Source of the DNA: an uncultured delta proteobacterium
GTDB taxonomy: Bacteria; Desulfobacterota; Binatia; UBA9968
Assembly (NCBI GenBank): GCA_963737905.1
Contig: CAVTUQ010000002.1
Coordinates: 384,001-448,000 of the forward strand
DNA length: 64,000 nucleotides
Direction: 5' to 3'
The translations under genes were made by a program, and so were the position numbers. Positions 1 through 9,621 of the stretch are shown here, in pieces; within the stretch, counting starts at the first letter, position 1; the number at the start of each line of letters is the position of its first letter. The notes beneath the pieces are model-generated. The model was given only the letters and a program-made list of their open reading frames with translations, did not search any database and was not told where the DNA came from.

Positions 1-138
1 GAGCGGAAAGATGATGAACTGAAATGATTTGGATGGCAGGGTAACGTTGATTTTATCGAGGGCAAATACCGATTCGTCGGAAAGCAACAAGACGCCGATC
101 AGCACTGACGAGATTATCGACAGAATGATTTTTTTCAT
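1..138 (-). CDS. ABC transporter substrate-binding protein, NMT1/TauA-like (5' part; runs off window start)
   Basis: Read manually on the minus strand: AGGAGG RBS, then MKKIILSIISSVLIGVLLLSDESVFALDKINVTLPSKSFQFIIFPL. This is a signal peptide followed by a typical binding-protein N-terminus. Not in the ORF track because it is truncated. Confidence 0.7.
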   Translation of the reverse strand, partial: MKKIILSIISSVLIGVLLLSDESVFALDKINVTLPSKSFQFIIFPL

Positions 139-320
139 TGTTCCGTTCCTCCTGGAAATAAGATAGACACCGGTACCGGTCACGGCCTACATTACAAAAG
201 TCAATTTTCGAAGTCGAGGGGTTGACACTGAACTGGTCTAATATGTATGGAGACACGGCAAGGCCTGAGTATTGACTTATTCGTCAGCACGAGGGAAAGA
301 GGGAAAAGGGAGACGACCCT

Positions 321-983
321 ATGAATAGCCAAAACGATAACGCCGTCAAAAGCGATTTCATCACGGCGCTGCGAATCATCTATCGCGAAGGACTGAGCGA
401 CGCCTTTGCCCATCTCAGCGCCCGCAGCGACGAAGGCCATGAAATGATGTTCATGCCGCGCAAGAGTCCGGCGCTGGTAAGAAGCGACGAGTTGTTCTTC
501 GTCGACTTTGAAAAACCGGTGCCGCAGTCTTCCTTGCACCAGGCGATCTACAAAGTTCGTCCCGATGTCAAAGCGGTCTTTCATTTCCACTCGCCGGCGG
601 TCATTCTTCTGAGCGTTATCGGCCAAAGCATTCGGCCCATGCACAACTACAGCGCGATATTCTACCAAGGCGTGCCGGTCTATACGGGCATCGGGCAGGT
701 CGAATCACCGGCGCGGGCCGGCGAAATGGCCAGGTTGCTCGGCGACGCCAAGGCGCTGATGTTGCGCGGCCATGGCGCCGTCGTGGTCGGCCAGTCGATT
801 CGCGAAGTCTGCATGCTGGCGCTTTTCTTGGAGGAGTCGGCGCGGCTACAAACCGACGCCATGAGACTCGGTACGCCGCTGTTCATGGAGCCTGAGGAGG
901 CCGAGAAGATCGCCAAGCGGACTTTCAAGCCCAGCTCCATCGAACGGGCTTGGGACCATTTTGCGGCCAAATGTGCCGATTGA
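321..983 (+). CDS. Class II aldolase/adducin family protein
   Basis: HLSAR, LHQAIYKVRPDV.AVFHFHSP and MLRGHG metal-binding motifs. Confidence 0.9.
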   Translation: MNSQNDNAVKSDFITALRIIYREGLSDAFAHLSARSDEGHEMMFMPRKSPALVRSDELFFVDFEKPVPQSSLHQAIYKVRPDVKAVFHFHSPAVILLSVIGQSIRPMHNYSAIFYQGVPVYTGIGQVESPARAGEMARLLGDAKALMLRGHGAVVVGQSIREVCMLALFLEESARLQTDAMRLGTPLFMEPEEAEKIAKRTFKPSSIERAWDHFAAKCAD

Positions 984-1333
984 ATCTGTCGGTCGCAGAG
1001 GTCACCGGTCTTCGGCCATGGCACTTCGTGATGCTCCGTTTGTACAATGCGGCCAGTTTTTATGACTAGAAATATAGCCACCGTTATATTATAGTTTCCC
1101 CTGAAGTACCGTACCCGCCGCAAAATTCAGGGAGCAGTGTCCGGCTTTTATTCGATTGCATAGACCCCGGACGGCATCATTAATCAGACCCAACACGCAA
1201 AGCCGGTCGCCAAGCGCGTGCCGGTTCATGCCGACAGCGCAAAATTCATCGACAGCTTCAAAAGGAAGATCAACATCAAGGGAAATATCTTAACTACCGG
1301 TGTCAAGTGGGGTGCTGAATCTTGTTGATAACG

Positions 1334-2257
1334 ATGAAGCGGCTTTTTCTTGCTAGTCTGTGGCTCGCTTTACTTGCGTTCGTTCACCTGAATACGATCG
1401 CCACAGCCTATGCCCGTCTCGAGGATGAAGGCTTAAAGGTCTTTTCCGAGTTCAATGCCGGATCGATCACCGGCCTCGATTTCCCAGGCTCGGCTGCCGT
1501 TAGATCCACTATGCGGTTCAAGTTCAGTAATCCGCAAAGCAATGGGCTACCGATCTACGGGGTTGACGGAGGAGGGATCACCTATATCTGGCGAGCGTAC
1601 CCACGCCAACAAAACGGTTACTATACGGCATTTTTCTGGGGCAATGACGATGGGCAGAATAATTTGAATACATTTTTATGGAAGAGGATGAACGGAGTTT
1701 CTAAGGGTGTCGCTGATAGTTACTATGGCGCCCATCCTTATCCCAGACGTTCCAACCGTTCGCTGCACGATTGGGAGATCTCTGTAGAGCAAGAAGACTA
1801 TGTTAACGGCCAGGTTGTGTATGATCGCTGGTATACACAATGTTTGCGGGTCTGGTCTGCCGCCAACAATAGAAAATTCCATGAGTTCTATTGGGATCTG
1901 CCCAAAACCGACGCGACTCATGTTGTGATGCGTGTTTCTCCTGCCAACTGGGGTAATATCAACCCTCCAGCGCCGGCTCTTACCTGGGGCGACGCTCCCT
2001 GGGCGCCCGGGAAAGAGGTTTGGAATGGAATTCTTCGCGGCATACAGATTTACTCCGGCCTGCTATCGGTAACCGATATGCTGCGGGAAGCCTCAAATCC
2101 GCTTTCAACGTCTGTGGGAGCAGCCAATATTTGGTACCTAAACATGAACCCGACGCCATCGGATACTTCTGATAAATCAGGCCGCGGACACAACCCGGTA
2201 TGGGTTGGGAATGAGCGTCCCGGAACTTATATTGAACGAATGCCAAACTTAAAATGA
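1334..2257 (+). CDS. Secreted hypothetical protein, probable LamG/concanavalin-A-like jelly-roll
   Basis: Signal peptide MKRLFLASLWLALLAF...AYA. Trp/Tyr-rich body. GILRGIQIYSGLLS and SDKSGRGHN resemble LamG-type strands. Confidence 0.6.
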   Translation: MKRLFLASLWLALLAFVHLNTIATAYARLEDEGLKVFSEFNAGSITGLDFPGSAAVRSTMRFKFSNPQSNGLPIYGVDGGGITYIWRAYPRQQNGYYTAFFWGNDDGQNNLNTFLWKRMNGVSKGVADSYYGAHPYPRRSNRSLHDWEISVEQEDYVNGQVVYDRWYTQCLRVWSAANNRKFHEFYWDLPKTDATHVVMRVSPANWGNINPPAPALTWGDAPWAPGKEVWNGILRGIQIYSGLLSVTDMLREASNPLSTSVGAANIWYLNMNPTPSDTSDKSGRGHNPVWVGNERPGTYIERMPNLK

Positions 2258-2305
2258 TATCCCGCGTGCGAGCTTCTGAAATTCCGCGTAAAATCCGGAA
2301 AAGAC

Positions 2306-3772
2306 CTATAACCCCTGAGCCGCGGAGTGCCGTCCCGCCAAGCGCGAGAAGACGACGTTCCGCGTCTGACCCGTACACGACGGGTAATTGTGGAAAAACA
2401 AACCGACGATGTCGCCGGAGGCGTAAAGCCCTCGGATCGGATTACCGGAGGTGTTGAGCACTTGCGCGCTCTCGTTGATCTGCAAGCCGCCGAAGGTAAA
2501 GGTCACGCCCCCCGTGATTGAGAAGGCCCAATAAGGGGGCTGGTCGATGGGGTTCGACCAGTTGGATTTCTTTGGCGTGATGCCTTCGGTGCATTTGCCA
2601 TCCAGCTTGGTGGCGTCGAAGGGAATATCTTTGCGCGCGGCGTTGTTGAATTCTCTGATCGTATGATTCAGCACCGCGGGCTCGATGCTGATCTTCTGCG
2701 CCAGCTCATCGATCGTGTTGGCTTCGATGGGCGTGGAAAACTCATACCGGGTGCCGAGCAGCGGAATCGTCTTCTGATCGTAGATCTGATACGCCACCGC
2801 CCCGGGTTGACTGAGCACCGCCCAGCCCGTCTTCGCATACGTGTACGAGTGACGCGCCTCGCCTTCGTCGAAAAAGCGTTGGCCGAGCGAATTGACGGTG
2901 ATACCGTAGGGATAGCCGTAACGATTCGCCTTGCTGCCGATCTCCACGTCGGGATAGGTCGAGTCGATGGGCGTCGCGTGGGCGCCCTGCCAGTGGCCCG
3001 CCGCCTTCGCGCCCAGCCCCAGCGCCATCATCAGCACTTCGCCCGTGTCGTGCCGGCTGCCGCGCACCTTCATCAGGTCGGCGTTGGCTCCGAGATAGCG
3101 AGCGCGCATTTCCGCGTTGGCTTGGAAACCGCCGGCGCAAAGAATAATCGAACCGCTGCGCAGTTCGTATTCTTCGTTGGTATCGGAAACCACAACGCCT
3201 TCGATTCTTCGGTCGTTGCCGAGCAATTCCCGAACCCGCGACTCGTAGCGAATCTCGACTCCCATGCGGGTCGCAATCTCGCGCCATTGGCCCAGCTGCC
3301 CGAGACCACCGCTGATGCCGCCCACTGGATGAATCACCAAACCGGGTTCAAAATAGTAGCGGCCATCAATAACAACATGGCTATCGATCTCCCATTGGAT
3401 GCCCAGCTCGCGCATCCAATGGATTGCCGCATTGGACTGCTGCACCAAAACGTCGGCGAGCCGCTGGTCAATCCGCCCGCGGGTGACCCGCTCAAGATCA
3501 GCATGAAACTGTTCGGCCGAGTAAGCGGGAAGATGTAGTTTTTGAAACGTCGCGTCATCCACTTCGGGCAAGAACGTACGAATCTCGTCGGCACCGGAAA
3601 AAACCCAACGAAAGCCGGTGTGGGAAAACCGCGCGTTGCCGCCGAACTCCGGCTCCGGCGCTTTTTCCAACATGACAACTCGCGGCGCGCCCGCTTGTTT
3701 GGCCGCCACCGCCGCTTCGAAAGCGGCGCTCCCGCCGCCAACAACCACGACCGGTATGTTTTCAGTCCTCAC
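2306..3772 (-). CDS. tcuA: FAD-dependent oxidoreductase, tricarballylate dehydrogenase TcuA-like
   Basis: VVVVGGGSA Rossmann motif, GGNARFS, LCAGGFQAN, YTYAKTG, TGGVTFTFGG and GLFFHNYP motifs. tcuB/tcuC are absent, so the substrate is uncertain. Confidence 0.75.
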   Translation of the reverse strand: MRTENIPVVVVGGGSAAFEAAVAAKQAGAPRVVMLEKAPEPEFGGNARFSHTGFRWVFSGADEIRTFLPEVDDATFQKLHLPAYSAEQFHADLERVTRGRIDQRLADVLVQQSNAAIHWMRELGIQWEIDSHVVIDGRYYFEPGLVIHPVGGISGGLGQLGQWREIATRMGVEIRYESRVRELLGNDRRIEGVVVSDTNEEYELRSGSIILCAGGFQANAEMRARYLGANADLMKVRGSRHDTGEVLMMALGLGAKAAGHWQGAHATPIDSTYPDVEIGSKANRYGYPYGITVNSLGQRFFDEGEARHSYTYAKTGWAVLSQPGAVAYQIYDQKTIPLLGTRYEFSTPIEANTIDELAQKISIEPAVLNHTIREFNNAARKDIPFDATKLDGKCTEGITPKKSNWSNPIDQPPYWAFSITGGVTFTFGGLQINESAQVLNTSGNPIRGLYASGDIVGLFFHNYPSCTGQTRNVVFSRLAGRHSAAQGL

Positions 3773-3829
3773 AGTTCGTAATCTCCAGGGAATGATAAAC
3801 CGTCGAATGGAATGATCGGAGCAAGCGCA

Positions 3830-4864
3830 TCAATGCTTCTTGTAGACGCTCTGGATATAGCCCGAGCTTTCGAGCTTATTCATGAAGGAATTGTCGATGA
3901 CATTTTCGACGCGGACTTCCGCGATTTTAGGATTGATCTGCGTCAAAAGCGCCTGCAGGCGTTTCATGCCTTCGAGGCTAATATGGGGTACTCGTTCGTA
4001 AGAATCAATCACCGCGAGGTACGATTCTTCCGCGTCTACGGGATTCGTTAGCCGCAAGTTCGATACCAGCAACCGAGTCACCAGTTCCTTATTGGCCGGA
4101 TCGAGAGTAACCGCGATCGATTCGATCATCGTTTTCAAATAGGCTTCGATTACCTGTGGTTTAGCGGCGGCGATGCGGCGCGTCGTTACCAGCATGTTCT
4201 GTGGCAACGTCGCGCCGGTCGTCTTGAGATTGTAGAGCACGTGGTACCCCTTGTTGCCGTAGAGATCGCCCACGGAGCCCCTTAGGGACGTCGCGTCTAC
4301 GCCGCCGGTCTCAAGCGCCAAGCGGCGGTTGACCTCCGTTCCGGGAATCGTCAAGAAAGTGATCCGCCCTTGCACGGGATCGATGTTCAGACCCTGCAGA
4401 GCCAACAATGAGACCAAATGCGAAGTCGAACCGGGGCCGCTGATGGCGACTCGCTTGCCCCGAAGATCCTCCGCTTTCTTGATGTCGGGCCTCGCGTTGA
4501 GCCGAAAGTCGAGCTTTTGGTGGAAGTTGGCAATGCCGATGAGATCCGCGCCGCTAAGGCCGGCATTAACGAGATGGCCTGGGCCGATGATCGCTGCATC
4601 GATCTCGCCGGCGATCAGCGCGGCGACGGCCAAAGGGTTACGCGGCATCAAAATGAACTGCATGTCGAGGCCATGCTTTTTGAACAGGCCGCGCTCGCGC
4701 GCCACCCATACGGCGGTCATGCTTTCGCTAGTGACACTGGAGGACAAGTTGGACTTGATTTGCGCGTTCACGAATTGGGGCCTGCAGAGGGGAGCCAGCC
4801 ATAGGGTCGCGAGGAGCAGACATGGGGACGCCCGGAAAGCGCTACGAATTCTCACAGGATTCAT
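3830..4864 (-). CDS. ABC transporter substrate-binding protein (NMT1/SsuA/TauA family)
   Basis: Signal peptide, VARERGLFKKHGLD, ALIAGEID and DLRGKRVAISGPGS motifs. Confidence 0.9.
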   Translation of the reverse strand: MNPVRIRSAFRASPCLLLATLWLAPLCRPQFVNAQIKSNLSSSVTSESMTAVWVARERGLFKKHGLDMQFILMPRNPLAVAALIAGEIDAAIIGPGHLVNAGLSGADLIGIANFHQKLDFRLNARPDIKKAEDLRGKRVAISGPGSTSHLVSLLALQGLNIDPVQGRITFLTIPGTEVNRRLALETGGVDATSLRGSVGDLYGNKGYHVLYNLKTTGATLPQNMLVTTRRIAAAKPQVIEAYLKTMIESIAVTLDPANKELVTRLLVSNLRLTNPVDAEESYLAVIDSYERVPHISLEGMKRLQALLTQINPKIAEVRVENVIDNSFMNKLESSGYIQSVYKKH

Positions 4865-4969
4865 CGGCCGAGCCTCCGCGAAAGCATGCTTTAACTGTGG
4901 GGAACCGTTTCAACGGCTCCCCACGCTGCCGTGCGAATAAAACGAAAAGTTTCTTAGCGATCCAGGAAA

Positions 4970-5362
4970 TTAACTGGTCGGTTTCTCGCCCAGGGGTACG
5001 GCCACCGAAAAGCCATGTTCCGAAATATCGAAGAAGTTGCCATCGGGGTCTGAACCACGGGTCTCGGCATAGGGCCGTCCATTGGGGCGCGCTTTCGGCA
5101 ATTTGTTCGGATTGACCTTTTTCATTCGCTCGACGATGTTCTCGCCGTTCTCCACCTCAAAGCCGAAATGGTAGAGACCATTGGGGGCATTTTGCTCGTG
5201 GTTGGGAAGAATGGCAAGGTTGAAATAACCGTCGGTGAGAAAGATAGCACCCCCTTCGTCCTTGCCTTTGTGCAGCATTTGCATCTCAAAGACATCCATA
5301 TAGAACTGCGCGAGTTTTCCCGTGTCCTCGGTACGAATGGCCAAATGTTTTATCTTAGGCAT
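4970..5362 (-). CDS. VOC family (glyoxalase/bleomycin resistance/dioxygenase) protein
   Basis: IKHLAIRT, FYMDVFEM, GLYHFGFEV and DPDGNFFDI motifs. AGGAGG RBS. Confidence 0.9.
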   Translation of the reverse strand: MPKIKHLAIRTEDTGKLAQFYMDVFEMQMLHKGKDEGGAIFLTDGYFNLAILPNHEQNAPNGLYHFGFEVENGENIVERMKKVNPNKLPKARPNGRPYAETRGSDPDGNFFDISEHGFSVAVPLGEKPTS

Positions 5363-5441
5363 GAATTCCTCCTTCTTTAGATAAGTTTCTTTCGTTTGCC
5401 GGATACAGCAAAATAGATTGCCTTGTCAAGGCGCCCGGATA

Positions 5442-6833
5442 TTAGCCATGCGCTGTTTGTTCGTCGCGCTCGATAATCATTGGAACGATGGCTTGCCGAA
5501 TGACTTTCTCACTTACCTCGCCGTAACGTTCTTTAAAGCGATCCAGAGGGATCACGGCTTTGGCCATCGCGCGATGGCCGCCGGCGCTGCCGATGTCGTC
5601 GTAGAGCTTCTTCATGATGTCACCGGCGCTTCTGACGTAACCGACGTTGCGCACCGATATGACCACGCGATCTTTGACCAACCCGGATACGACTCCCCAG
5701 TCGACGCCTTCGATGTGTAAACAAAACTCCGCCATCTGCGGGATAACATCCTCCCGGTTGATCTCGCCCATATGGATCACAGCCACCCCGTCATCCAGTT
5801 GCAAGCGGCTGAGCGCTCGGCCGAGAGCTTCCAGATCTTCGCGCGGCAAGGCGGGCCGCTCGATGCGCGTGATCATCGGCTTGTTGGCAAAGGGATAGAG
5901 AAAGGTAAAGGCGCTGAGATCGGCAAGAATGCTGCCCCGTTCAAGAAACAGCGTGTCCGTCTTGATCCCGTAGAGCAGCGCGGTCGCCAGCCTTTGCGAC
6001 GGTTCCATTCCGATGGCCCGCAAATATTCTGTAAAAATTGTGGACGTCGCGCCATAGCCGGTTCGAAGGTCGGTAAAACGGGCCTTGAATGGGGTCCGCT
6101 TCGGGTGATGATCTACGACCAGATCGACTCTTCCGAGAGGCTGGTCGAAATAGGGTGGCTGGACGTCGACCAGAGCCAGCTGCGCGCCGTCTTTGTGTAG
6201 ATCGTCATAGGTGATCCGATCGATCTGAATATCCAGGAAGTGGATCATCGCAAGATTTTCCGGCCGAGTCACTTCGCCGAAAGTCACAATCGGCGTCGTA
6301 ATACGATTGCGGCCCAAAAGCTCTCGCAAGGCCAGCGCGCTACCGAGGGCGTCTGGATCCGGGTCGTGCTGCAGTAAAATGTGGACCTTCTTCTCGTCAA
6401 AAAGCGAACGTATCCTTTCGACTTTTTTGCTGTTCAATGTATCGAGAAGCCGGGTGGCACAGAACTCTTCGAAAATGTCCGACAACTGGAGCTGTCTAAA
6501 AAGCAAATCATCGGGCTCTCTGGCGCCATTCTTATCGGGAGTGAGAGCTACAATCGACAAACTCTTATCGAGGGCTCTCAACAAGCGGCAGATTCGATCT
6601 TGAAGCTCTGTCTCGCGAACGAAGACGATGGCCTGATCTACATGATGCAGTTTGATTCTCTTATAGCTATCTTCTTTGAGGAGATCTCCTTGCCGAACTT
6701 TTCCGCCCTGACGCTTGATCCTCTTCGCCACCGCGGCGTCTTGTACCAGAAACAGCACTTCCGCCTGCTTGGATGCAACGTTGCGCATCAGGTGAAATAG
6801 CAAATCGTCTTCGCAGATCGCTAGATACTGCAT
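5442..6833 (-). CDS. DHH/DHHA1 phosphoesterase (NrnA-like) with N-terminal degenerate RCK/TrkA-N-like domain
   Basis: HDPDPDALGS, LVD, VDHH, GIKTDT and SAGGH motifs. The N-terminal ~130 aa resembles RCK_N (VRQGDLLKEDSY...VDQAIVFV). Confidence 0.85.
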   Translation of the reverse strand: MQYLAICEDDLLFHLMRNVASKQAEVLFLVQDAAVAKRIKRQGGKVRQGDLLKEDSYKRIKLHHVDQAIVFVRETELQDRICRLLRALDKSLSIVALTPDKNGAREPDDLLFRQLQLSDIFEEFCATRLLDTLNSKKVERIRSLFDEKKVHILLQHDPDPDALGSALALRELLGRNRITTPIVTFGEVTRPENLAMIHFLDIQIDRITYDDLHKDGAQLALVDVQPPYFDQPLGRVDLVVDHHPKRTPFKARFTDLRTGYGATSTIFTEYLRAIGMEPSQRLATALLYGIKTDTLFLERGSILADLSAFTFLYPFANKPMITRIERPALPREDLEALGRALSRLQLDDGVAVIHMGEINREDVIPQMAEFCLHIEGVDWGVVSGLVKDRVVISVRNVGYVRSAGDIMKKLYDDIGSAGGHRAMAKAVIPLDRFKERYGEVSEKVIRQAIVPMIIERDEQTAHG

Positions 6834-7018
6834 AGGGTTTTCCCTTAGAACGGGAATCTAGTGCGGGAGCTGGCCGGAGGTCAAGCGCGAAGTTTGAACT
6901 TTCATCGACACGGCCGGAGTCTAGCACCTGCAGTTTTGCAATTCCAGCCCTATTCTAGAACCGACCATTGAAGCTCATATAAGCTAAAGAAAATGAGGAG
7001 GAAACAAGGCAAATATCG

Positions 7019-7215
7019 ATGATCAACAGCGGCGAAAGAGGCTTTGGCCTGCCCAAATTCAGCCGTGACGAACGAACCCGCCGCTGGGGGCGCGTGCGTG
7101 CGCTCATGCCGGCGGACGCGCCCGACTCGATCCGTTACGGTGACACCGTCGTCATCCGCAAAGAAGGCGCGCGCCGGTTGGGAAAAAAAAGTTCACTTTC
7201 CCCGAATTACCTTGA
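7019..7215 (+). pseudogene. Internally deleted remnant of an M24 (Xaa-Pro peptidase/creatinase-like) gene
   Basis: GAGGAGG upstream. N-terminal PKFSRDERTRRWGRVRALM is joined directly to C-terminal-type DSIRYGDTVVIRKEGARRLGKK. One more A in the A8 run would give ...KFTFPELP* ending at 7215. Confidence 0.6.
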
Positions 7216-7262
7216 CTTGTTGGGGACGGGCAACTCCTCTTGTCTTTTGCCCGGCTGAGTCG

Positions 7263-8063
7263 TCACGCTTGGTACAGCCCTTCCTTTTTGACGTACTGAT
7301 AGACTCCCTCGAAGAACCAGGCGAAATAGGCCGTGCCCATGCGTAAGCAATACTCCAGGCTAAAACCGGGTCGGGTATCGGCGCGGCCCTCTTCGAGCAT
7401 CTTCCTCAGCACCGTCCAATCAAGATCCGCATGCGCCATAACGCCGTCGGCATGCTCTTCGAGATCGGCTTCCGCATGCACACGGAAGTAGACGATTTTT
7501 TCTTCCGGCATATGGTATACTTTGCGCAGCGCACCCCCAAAGAACTTGGCCCAGTGGCCCACAGCCTCTTCCACACAGAAAGAGGCCCACCACTCAGCCA
7601 TAGTTCCTTCATAAAGGACCCCGCGATAATACTCGAGAAAGGCGCGGCACTCGGCAAGCATTTCGTACTCGATCATCTCATCGTCGGTCAGCCCAAAGTT
7701 TCGTCCTTGTTCGAGCACGATGCGAATGTGGCCGGGCGGCTTCGGATGAATCATCTCGTCCGCCACATGATTGGCGAAATGCTTTTGCAGTTCAGGATGG
7801 CGTTTGAAGAAAGGCAAGTGACGTTGATAAGCAACGCCGTGAAAGTTATTGATCTCGGCCACGAAGCCGTACCAATTCTGCCAGAACACCTGGATCGCCT
7901 CCATGGGCAGAGTTCCTCTTTCCAACTCCGTATGAAAGCGCCCTTTAAAAAGCCACCGATCCGCCAGACCCAACAGGTATTTTTTCAGCTCCCCAACGAC
8001 CGCTTCCGCTTCTTGCGGCGATAGTTTTTTACCGAAGTAATCTTTTCCGTTTGCTCCCGCCAT
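7263..8063 (-). CDS. Heme-oxygenase-like diiron enzyme (PqqC/CADD/TenA superfamily)
   Basis: FHTELERGTLP, ADEMIHPKPPGH, CVEEAVGH and YFRVHAEADLEEH give the E/H/E/H/D/H ligand pattern of CADD-like proteins. Confidence 0.8.
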   Translation of the reverse strand: MAGANGKDYFGKKLSPQEAEAVVGELKKYLLGLADRWLFKGRFHTELERGTLPMEAIQVFWQNWYGFVAEINNFHGVAYQRHLPFFKRHPELQKHFANHVADEMIHPKPPGHIRIVLEQGRNFGLTDDEMIEYEMLAECRAFLEYYRGVLYEGTMAEWWASFCVEEAVGHWAKFFGGALRKVYHMPEEKIVYFRVHAEADLEEHADGVMAHADLDWTVLRKMLEEGRADTRPGFSLEYCLRMGTAYFAWFFEGVYQYVKKEGLYQA

Positions 8064-8083
8064 CGAGTCTCTCCTTTCTTTAA

Positions 8084-9568
8084 CTAAAGCAACGCTCCAG
8101 GATTTAAAATATTATTCGGATCCACAAGCTGCTTGATCTCCTTGACCAGGTCGTAGAGATGGCTCAGACGTTCATACGGATGGGGACCTTTGGTGCTTAA
8201 TGTCGGCGCGGTCCAGACGACCCCGCGTTTGTTGCTGAATTCCTGCACCATTCCCATCCACTTCCGCAGCTTGCCCACGTCCGCTTCATCGTAGGGATTG
8301 TAAAAGACAAAATATTCTTCCTTGATCGCCAAGTCACGCGTCACGTAACTATCGTGTTGAGGCGAGTGCTCGGCGTCCCAGAGGCCGCAGGCTCGCTTGG
8401 CGGCCTCATCGAGATCGTACATCTCTTGAAGAAAGGTCAGCGGGTACATCTTGGAGGTCACAGCGAACATACCGCTATGGCGCACCACCGATCCGCACCA
8501 ACCGTCGGGCCCCATGATATGATAATCCGGCCAGCCGTGGAGCCCATGCTGCTGCGCTTTGACGCCCATCCCTTTCTCGGCGATCTCCGGCACGTCTACA
8601 CCGCCTGCCTCATGATAGATTCGCCGCATTCGTCGTTCCTTGAACGCGAGTTCTTCCCCATCCCGGGCCATAATTACCGTCTTTAAAAAGAACCAGGCGT
8701 CGCCTGGAATCTTGCTCTCATCGTACAACCCTTCTTCCATCGGCCAGTGATACTGCCAGCGATCGGTAAAATGGATATCATAGACCACCTCGCCCTTGAC
8801 GAGTTTGATGAGCGACTCTTGCACCTGGTCGATCTCGTCGCGGCGAAATGTGTAGCAGTAGTCGTGCAACCATTCCCGCCGTCCTTCGATGGCCCGCAGG
8901 CAAACTTTGCTGATAATTCCCATAGAACCGGCCGCCAAAGTGAACAGACCCAGCAAATCGGGCAGGTGGATCCATTTTTGAAAGGGACCGAAGGGTGTCC
9001 CCTGATTGGCAAGGGCGCCGAGCCGGATGGTCTCGCCATTGGCAAGAATGACCTCCAAGCCGAGCACCATGTCCGCGATCCAACCGTAGCGCGTCATGCC
9101 GTAGCCGATACCGCCCTTATTCACCATGGCGCCAATCACCACTGCCGGCCCGTAGGTTCCAAAGTTAGGTAGCATCAGGCCGTGCTGCCTAAGCGCATGA
9201 TGAATCGCGTAGACGCTCGCACCGCCTTCCGCGATCAGATACTGAAGGGCTGGGTTGACTTCCAAGACTTTGTCCATGCCGAGCATGTCCAGGAGAATGC
9301 CACCCTTGAGCGGCGAGCTGATACCCATACCCACGCCGCCTTTGGCAACGATGGGGATCTTGTTCTCGTTGGCGAACTGGAGAATCTTGGCGACGGAGTG
9401 ATGACCACGGGCATCCGATTCGACACGGACGATGACATCGGGCAATGCCCGATAAGCCCCATAGGCAAGGGTGTGCTGATAGTTGATCTTGTCGATGGGA
9501 TTCGTCGAAACGAACCGTGGACCGACTATCTCTCCGAGTTTTTCAACAATCTGGTCCAGCGATAACAT
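8084..9568 (-). CDS. FAD-binding oxidoreductase (FAD_binding_4, GlcD/VAO-PCMH family)
   Basis: PDVIVRV, IPIVAKGG, GGILLDMLGMDKVLEV, VLGLEVILANG, GSMGIISK and C-terminal DPNNILNPG. Start taken at MLSLDQ; the ORF extends to 9607. Confidence 0.85.
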   Translation of the reverse strand: MLSLDQIVEKLGEIVGPRFVSTNPIDKINYQHTLAYGAYRALPDVIVRVESDARGHHSVAKILQFANENKIPIVAKGGVGMGISSPLKGGILLDMLGMDKVLEVNPALQYLIAEGGASVYAIHHALRQHGLMLPNFGTYGPAVVIGAMVNKGGIGYGMTRYGWIADMVLGLEVILANGETIRLGALANQGTPFGPFQKWIHLPDLLGLFTLAAGSMGIISKVCLRAIEGRREWLHDYCYTFRRDEIDQVQESLIKLVKGEVVYDIHFTDRWQYHWPMEEGLYDESKIPGDAWFFLKTVIMARDGEELAFKERRMRRIYHEAGGVDVPEIAEKGMGVKAQQHGLHGWPDYHIMGPDGWCGSVVRHSGMFAVTSKMYPLTFLQEMYDLDEAAKRACGLWDAEHSPQHDSYVTRDLAIKEEYFVFYNPYDEADVGKLRKWMGMVQEFSNKRGVVWTAPTLSTKGPHPYERLSHLYDLVKEIKQLVDPNNILNPGALL

Positions 9569-9621
9569 GAGAGCGAATCCCTGGGCGAGAGAAAATAGTT
9601 CTACCAAACGGAAAGATAATA

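Noticed and set aside
2663-3538. 291-aa plus-strand ORF and other long antisense ORFs (e.g. 9934-10800, 4329-4940, 29170-29781, 48590-49210)
   Set aside because: They lie antisense to well-supported genes, have no motifs, and are expected shadows of GC-rich codon usage.
7263-8063. Calling the protein pqqC or tenA
   Set aside because: No pqqABDE or thiamine genes are nearby, and the ligand pattern supports only the superfamily.
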